In this document: positions 21,226 to 28,257 of the stretch, one piece after another | Position numbering within the stretch: position 1 is the first letter of the stretch | How the letters are laid out: every line of letters begins with the position of its first letter | Source: Oopsacas minuta | Lineage: Eukaryota; Animalia; Porifera | Length of the DNA: 28,257 nt | Assembly (NCBI GenBank): GCA_024704765.1 | Contig: JAKMXF010000310.1 | Coordinates: 1,177,246-1,205,502, forward strand | Direction of reading: 5' to 3' | Position numbers and translations under genes: made by a program | Notes under the pieces: generated by a model | Database searches by the model: none | What the model saw: the letters and a program-made list of their open reading frames with translations, nothing else | What the model was told of the DNA's origin: nothing

Positions 21226-21986
21226 AGGTCAGACCGACGAATCTGCCGATAACCCCCACACTTCTCATGGATGAATTCAACTTTCAACTTTAGTAAAACA
21301 GCGGAGTCAATACTTACTACAATTATATCATATATGTTTACGAAAATATTGGTGTTAAAGGATTAGTTCTCGTTGACGTTTAGCATTTTCAAGTCCAGAG
21401 GGCCAGAAACGAATAACTTGAAAGTATATTGAACAACTTTGTGTATGTCAGTGAAATTTTTGGAGGCACAACGATTGAGAACTACTGCACTAGAATATAA
21501 ACTGTACTGGCAACACTGTACTAATGATTTACTATAGCTAATGCAGGATTTATTACAGTTAATCAACAAATGAACTCCATATCATTGTTTAGCATAAAAT
21601 ATTGCGAAACATTCACAGATCTAAGACTTGATAGTATAATTATAAGTTACATTTTGGCATGCTTAAGAAACCAGAGCAAAAGTTCGAAGTGTTTAATCAG
21701 CAATAGTGTGTAAATGAAATGTTTTCAATGATAGGATATACTCACTATGGAAGTATAAACCACAAAAAACTATCGAAATGCGCCTAGTATAATGTAAAGA
21801 AGATTTCCCATAGGATTGCCTCATAAACGATGAAATACAATAACTTGATGATTTTTCCTCGATTTTGGTACGATACTAAAATCGGACCTGAAAGTTTATA
21901 TATACTAATACTACATTCGACGGGGGGTGGCAGCATTTGTTAGAATTTTGAAGTAGTCATTTGTTAGAATTTCTACAGTTTGTACT

Positions 21987-22190
21987 TGTTAGAATGAGTT
22001 TTTAATGTGTTTGCACTTGTTAGAATTGTTTTCTCATATGTTTGCACTTGTTCGAATGGTGTTTTTCATATGTTTGCACTTACTAGAATGAGTTTTTTCA
22101 TATGTTTGCACTTAATAGGATGAGTTTTTCATGTGTTTGCATTTGTTAGAATGGGTTTTTCATTTGTTTGCATTTGTTAGAATGGTTATT
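21987..22190 (+). repeat. Tandem array of ~7 x 31-bp units (TTGTTAGAATGAGTTTTTCATATGTTTGCAC-like) in the left TIR
   Basis: Units seen directly; diverged from one another. Confidence 0.92.
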
Positions 22191-22359
22191 CATGATGTAG
22201 TGTTGAATGCACAACTCCAACGCCTTCATCATATATGCCTAAAATATTGTTGTTTGTCACTGAATTTGATCTCTCTGGAGGAACCAAACAAGTTCCCCAT
22301 CTGAATCGTATTTAATAACATTTTTGGTCTCTGGTATATATTTACAACTAATTATTTTG

Positions 22360-24168
22360 ATGGAATATACATTGATGGAATACAAACGTACTGTCAGAAA
22401 GTTTTTCACTACGTCAGGTCGAGACAAATACCGTAAACTGGGGCTACTTTGGCCCACTGGGTTTGCTTAGCCCAAATTTTGAAATTTCTTTACGTATCGA
22501 ATAGATATTGTATTTGTATTCGAAATTGTCTACCGATATTTGAAAATTTCGTTAAAAATTTGGCAAGTCATATTCAAGTATAATACTGAATCTAATCTAG
22601 GTTCTTTGAAACTTTGATATTTGGGCTAAAGCAAACCCAGTGGACCACAGTAACCCTAGACTACGGTACATTCTTTCTAAATCAAATGACAAATGTGTTT
22701 AGCTAAGGTGTGCATTATTCAGAGATAGTTGCAAAGGAACATGTAAACTCAATCGTGAAAGCGATCTGATTACTCCCTTAAATTCGCATAATCATGACCG
22801 TGAGGCGTATAAAACTGAATTATTTGCTCTCAAAATAAAATGTAATACAGTTGCAAGAAACTCGCAAATGAATCTCCGGAAGGTTTTCGATGATGTGACA
22901 AGAGATGATCCACGGGCATGTGAAATATCTTTTTCAGAATGCGAATTTACGATGTTTCGGGCGAGAAAAACTCTAGAACCTAAGATCCCTCAGACAGCTT
23001 TGGAATTTAGGACGTGTAACAACTACAAACTTCGGGAATTATTACAAATTTAGGGTCTATTGGCAATGAACTTCGTGTGGTATTCTTTTCAGAGCCGATG
23101 AAAGATATTTTATCACAAATTAATACGATGGGACATTCTTTACTGTACCCATTCAATTTTATCAGTTGTGGACTATTTTCATTTCAGTGGGAAGGCACAC
23201 TCTACCTGCGATACACTGTTTATTGACCAGGGAAACCAACAGCTATATCAAGCTATACTGGAAAGCATCACGTAGAATATTCCTCACTTTCGACCTCTGG
23301 CCTCAATGTAAGATTGAGAAGGCGCCTTTCGAAATGCGTTTAGAGAAACTTATCCCCAGGTAAAGATTTATGGATGCTGGTTTCATTTCACCCAGCGTAT
23401 TTGGGAAAAAACCCAAAAGCTTGGACTTCTAGATGGGTACCGTAACAAGCAAGAAATTGAAGAATATATTAAACAGCTGATGTCTATCCCATTTTGCCAG
23501 CCGCGTTAATCATTTCTACTCTTAATTTTATTCAAGTCCCAGAAAACTAGGAGGGAATAAAACTCGAAAAGCTGAAGAAACATTCAAGATGAGGTGGATA
23601 AATAAAATTTCCCCGGGAACTCTCCATTAATGACATAAATATCACAACCAACAACGGTTCCGAAAGTTACCATTCAAAGCTCAAGTCAAATATACGTACA
23701 AGTCATCCTAGGATATGGAGTTTTATTGGAATTCTAAACAACATAATTCAGGATGTGGACAATGATGTTGGTAGTTTGTGCCAAGGCAGAGAAATTAGTA
23801 GGCCCCCAAAAAGAATATTTAATGAACTTTGAACGTAGGTGTACTTTGAAGCAAAAGCTAAGTAACTGAGAGTACAATCCTTGGCAGATCCTGGAAGCTA
23901 TCAGCCACACTATTGGAAATTTATTTTCTCACTGTACTCTGACCTCGAGCGATAGCGAATTTTCGGACAACGAATCAACAGATGAAGGGGCCTACAGAAG
24001 AAACAAATGCATTGTTTGTTGGGGTCAACGTACAGCCACTTGGATATTCATGCCTGCAGGCACGCTTGTTGCTGTACCAGATGCAACCAGAGGATTAAAG
24101 ATCTAGGCCAGCCGTGCCATATATGTCGCTCAGATATTGAGAACACATTTCAAATATTTATTAATTAA
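22360..24168 (+). pseudogene. FLYWCH-MULE transposase pseudogene with a C-terminal C3HC4 RING finger
   Basis: After removing the 22431-22666 MITE: DKYILSKSNDKCV*LRC..SCKGTCKL..HNH; DGTFFTVPIQFYQLWTI; IYGCWFHFTQRIW; TNNGSESYHSKLK; RING CIVC..MP(C)RHACCCTRC..PCHICR (24008-24130). Heavily disrupted. Confidence 0.9.
22431..22666. mobile_element. TA-flanked MITE (Tc1/pogo-type, CCGTA termini), 236 bp, inserted in the MULE-2 FLYWCH region
   Basis: ~48-bp TIR CCGTAAACTGGGGCTACTTTGGCCCACTGGGTTTGCTT-AGCCCAAAT vs CCGTAGTCTAGGGTTACTGTGGTCCACTGGGTTTGCTTTAGCCCAAAT; TA at 22429-22430 and 22667-22668; removal restores the reading frame (GAC AAA TAC ATT CTT). Confidence 0.93.
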
Positions 24169-24240
24169 TTCTAATTCAAATATTGTTGTGTTTTCAGTCT
24201 ATTAAACTCATTCATATTCATTAAGTAAGGAACCCCATTC

Positions 24241-24365
24241 TAATAAATGCAAACATACGAAAAAAACATTTTAACAATGCAAACATATGAAAAACTCATT
24301 CTAACAATGCAAACATATGAAAAACTCATTCTAACAATGCAAACATATGAAAAACTCATTCTAAA
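24241..24365 (-). repeat. Tandem array of ~4 x 30-bp units (CTAACAATGCAAACATATGAAAAACTCATT) in the right TIR
   Basis: 24301-24330 and 24331-24360 are identical; 24271-24300 differs by one base. Confidence 0.95.
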
Positions 24366-27204
24366 AGTGCAAACTGTAGAATTTCTGACAAATGACTACT
24401 AAATTCTAACAAGTGCATGCACCCCGCGTTCGACACACATCCATGGTCCAAAATACCAATTAAGTTGTATGCAATTACCTAGTTGTCTTTTCACTCTTTT
24501 AGTTGATTCTTTGCTTTTCTCCTCAATGAGTTATATGTTTCCATCTGTCTTAAAGAGATTACCTGTATTCAACATTTTTCCCAGTGCAAGTTCTGCAACA
24601 TTTTTGGGGGATTGCTCTGAACTTACTATTGAAGAACTAGGGATTAGAAAACTAGAGTGTGGAAGCGCTCGTAATTTTTCTAAACAATCTATTTTTCAAG
24701 CAGGTATGGTTCGTTTCTTTATATTTCTCCATTGGAATTTCGAGTACAATTATAGAAGTAAGGCTATAGTATTAGGCTAAATTTCAATGCTGTAATAGGC
24801 TCAATCTATTCAATACAAGTTAGTTGAAGATACTTAGCCTGACGAATTTTTCCTATACTTTATTGCTTCAATTATTTGATGTTTTCTCAATTACCTTCAC
24901 TTTTTCTCACTTTTCAATTTGTTGGTATAATATTGAAGTTTATAGACGTGAATATTGTAATTTTCTCAAACCAAAAATTCATTCTATATGTGCTTAGTTA
25001 TCTCTGAAATGTTCAAACTTCCACCCTGTCCTATACCCTTATGCTAATCAACCCTGATTTTCCACTATACTATTTAAATCTAGGGTTAAGATGCTTTCAA
25101 AGTTTCAAAATATGGAAGTGATAATGGAATTATGTGCTAATACACTTGATGAATTTGAAAATTTCATGGCAAAGTGGAAAGTAAGCCTTGCATAGATTTA
25201 GTCCAAAAGGATTTTGGATAAATATATTATGTTTTAGGTTAAAATCCTATATTTCACCTATGCAAGACCACCATTTCAGAGGAATCCAAATATCATGACT
25301 GGGGGGCTGTTAATTATTTATTATTCTTTTATCGAATTTGGCATATTTTCGGATGAAATGTATATGATAAATGAAACAGTTAATATATAATGAAAAATCG
25401 ATGTGCTATTTATAAACCATGCGTTCAAACCCGTCAGGTTATTCAAATATATTCCTTAATTATATTTTCAAAAGCGTGAACTATGTAATATAAGGATTGG
25501 AAAGTACAATTATTTTCTGGTCCAGAGATAAATATGGAGTGTATTGTAGTTGATTTTCTCATGCTATTAGCAAATAGACTGAAAATATCTTCAAGTCTCA
25601 CAAATATGATGTAGTGAATCACCCATTTCACATCTAGAAGGTTATTTCTGGTCGAAAAGACGTCACGTGATCGCCTAATTGGCTGATATGTTGGGAATGC
25701 TCCAACTTTGAATCACTATGAAACGCGAATACATTACACCATCGATTATCTGAACACCTCCCTCACACACTTTCAATTTGGCGTTCTGATAACTGAAATA
25801 GTGTATTTCCTATTGGATGTTCACAGCTAAGGGATATTTGAGATTGTGAATTTTTAAATTTCGTCCATTTGACTGCGTATTTATCACAATATGGACCTAA
25901 AATGTTCACACCATACGAAAACTAATTATCCAAGTACAATGAAATCATTCTATTGAGATTAAATTGACAAATTTTACAAAGATTTGCTTCCAGCTGTTCG
26001 GATGGCCGAGGAGTCGGATAATTGAGGGTTCGCTCTATTGATCTTGAATTTTATTGTTCAAAAGAAATATACTACCGCGCTTCGCTTGCTAGATCGCTGT
26101 GCTATAGCTGAGTGCTCGAGGTTAGTTTAAGTATTATACAGTGAATTTTTAGTTTTATTTGTCGCTATGCGTCAAAATATTCTCTGCACTTCGCGCATCG
26201 AATTCACAAAATAGCCATAATTGGAATATTTTATTATACATTGTTCATTCTAATTAATTTAATGTTATTCTGTGGTAATAATAGAGTGGCTCCTTGTCTT
26301 TTAGTTAATAATCTTGGCACTTCGTGCCTTTAGCATTATGAAATTCTCAAAAATAATCAAATTTGGGAAACTTTGATATTTTATACAGTTATGATGACGT
26401 GATACTTCTATAATGAGTACGCATTTAATTACTAGATACAAATTTTGACACATTCATCAATATTTATGCATGTATTGATCAATAATTTGTTGTATATTCA
26501 TTCAGGCAAAATGCGCTGTTTCTGTAATATAGAGCTCACATAGGTTTGTTCTAGCGATTAACTTATCTCTAATCCAAATTCACAAGTTACTATTAGGCCT
26601 CTATCGAACTATTATGATTCACCATACGATTGTGTTTAAATGTGATAATGACTTGATCAGTTACAAGTATTATTGTATATCTTCTAAACCGGAGTTATGA
26701 TCATTCTAGTATTCCGTGATGTTATGTTGACTTAGCAGAAATCGAATAATTTTTGTAAATGTGTGCAAACGCTCATGAAACATCTAATATTTCGAAATCT
26801 CACTTTTTGAAAATTGTGCTTTCTCACCACCACCTCCACTATGGTGGCCAATATGTCCGCCCTGACAACTAAATCGTATCGATTATTTTCCCCATATTCT
26901 AGCCAATGTGTACTAAACTTTAGTGTCACATTTAATATCAATCGTGACCTACGTAATATAAGGCCTGACTATTGTGCATAGAATTTCCTACCATGGATTA
27001 CTTAAAGTGCATTTTATAATTCACCCATAATTGTAACACTCAAAATTGACATCATCTGAATTGCTGAAATTCTGTTGTAATCACTTCTCCCATATTGGTA
27101 AATGTATATTATTTGCTAGAGATTATGTTCCCAAACCTTTGGTTATTTAGGATTTTACATTTTTATCTTATTCTGCTATTCTGTTTCATCACTGATTAGC
27201 CTTG

Positions 27205-28257
27205 ATGCCTAACACTTGCTCTGCACCTGGATTCCGGAGTAATTATTGGGGGGAGCCATATACACCAGTATTCAGATTGCCCTCAAACTCTGCACTTAGA
27301 GAAAAATGGCTACACGCTCTGCACAGGCAGGATATTGAAGATCTAAACAACGTATTTGTTTGTTCTAATCACTTTCGTACTAAAAATGTCATCACTGAAA
27401 TGGATATGCCTCAACCTGATGGGTCATTACAAAATTACTCGGCGACCAATTCTACATAAGAACGCTATACCTTGTCTTCTTCCCAGTTGTCCCAAGTATC
27501 TTAGCTCACCATCCCCGAAGCCTGAACGTTTAGATCGTGGGAAGATCGAGAATAAATTGTTCTTTCAAGCCTTAGAACAGAGCCTTGATCTTCATATAGC
27601 TGAGGATAGTAAGTTCGGTGTCAAATCATTAGGAGACCTAAATTGTAAACTCGAAGAATTTGAACTACCTTCTTCTTGGGTTAAATGGTTTTCAGATGAC
27701 ACGTCTATTAACTTGCTAAAGCTGTCAAAAGACAAACATATATATATACCAGCATATGTTTCAATTAATGACTCCTTAACACCTACAATCCTCTCACAAT
27801 ACACAATCTCAGTGATATTCGAGAAATCGATACCATCATCAGCGAGGTTTCTGCATACACTAAGGACCCTTGAAAACTGTATTCGCCAAGCTACTTCTAA
27901 CATTGAAAGTACGATTTCGAAGATAGGAACTTCGAACGATATGCTAGAGAAATATTCAGAATTGTTACCCAGTTAAAATTTCTACTGTGCCAGCTTGAGA
28001 ATACACTAATTCTCAAAAATCGAAGACGGTACAATGTTGTTACAATGGTGCTAGCTCTAAAATCTCATTTTATATCTTCTACCTGCTACAGCTACTTACA
28101 GTTTTTGAGTTGTTTAATATTTCCCCACCCAACAACTCTACGTAGTCTTTATGGGACTATAGGCTTAGAGTGTGAGTTGCAAACATATTTGAAGGCTTCT
28201 ACTGCTAATTTCAATAACCAAGAAAGGAATGTTACATTACATATGGATGAAATACAT
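27205..28257 (+). pseudogene. THAP-domain P-element-type (THAP9-like) transposase, 5' part, running off the window
   Basis: THAP: MPNTCSAPGF(expected C)RSNY..VFRLP..REKWLHAL..VCSNHF..AIPCL; then RRRYNVVTM..YSYL..PHPTTLRSL..RNVTLHMDEIH (first catalytic D region). 1-bp frameshifts at ~27430 and ~27974. Confidence 0.88.

Larger units (their letters stand above)
21922..24425 (+). mobile_element. Mutator/MULE element 2 with long repeat-containing TIRs (Phantom/fold-back-like), ~2.5 kb
   Basis: Arms ~21922-22190 and ~24236-24425 are reverse complements (GGGGTG..GCA.TTGTTAGAATT..AGTAGTCATTTGT.AGAA.TTCTACAGTTTG); degenerate 9-bp TSD ACATTCGAC (21913-21921) / GCGTTCGAC (24426-24434). Confidence 0.9.

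Noticed and set aside
21475-21495. TTGAGAACTACTG + CACTAGAA, a Charlie/Buster-like right end
   Set aside because: No partner TIR or second TSD copy found.
21987-24365. 30-31-bp tandem repeats superficially resembling a CRISPR array
   Set aside because: The units are head-to-tail with no unique spacers, lie in the TIRs of a eukaryotic MULE, and no cas genes are present.
25640-26350. GC-rich hairpin-like motifs (CGCGCTTCGC, GCACTTCGCGC, GGCACTTCGTGCC) and GACGTCACGTG, suggestive of a non-autonomous Crypton/Helitron-like repeat
   Set aside because: Could not define boundaries, TIRs or TSDs.
26596-26965. GGCC...GGCC ends with TTA/TGA flanks, a possible Harbinger MITE
   Set aside because: TIR similarity is limited to ~8 bp and the TSD is imperfect.
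592-27903. Remaining short ORFs in the track (e.g. 592-807, 3737-3949, 5651-6046, 12336-12629, 16088-16408, 24469-24780, 27592-27903)
   Set aside because: These are antisense or alternative frames of transposase relics, or random ORFs with no motifs.

Overview
AT-rich eukaryotic (probably invertebrate animal) DNA with two assembly gaps (9243-9876, 11826-11862). I could not identify any intact host gene, RNA gene or CRISPR array. The window is a dense, nested graveyard of cut-and-paste DNA transposons: hAT (one full-length 2.57-kb copy with a perfect 8-bp TSD plus several MITEs), two Merlin/ISXO2 copies, pogo, mariner, maT, two Mutator/MULE elements with FLYWCH domains (one also carrying a C-terminal RING finger), a THAP/P-element transposase, a Helitron-like relic and fold-back elements. 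Every transposase is disrupted. The most notable structure is a ~2.7-kb inversion (about 11207-13886) with one breakpoint in the 5' UTR of a pogo and the other in a mariner transposase, at a 4-bp ATGT microhomology; undoing it by eye rebuilds a ~1.28-kb mariner and a ~2.04-kb pogo. Also found: a nearby inverted paralog that preserves the empty insertion site of the large hAT, a Merlin ORF split by two younger elements, and a split minus-strand coding relic of unknown family. All family assignments come from motifs, TIRs and TSDs read by eye; no database search was run.
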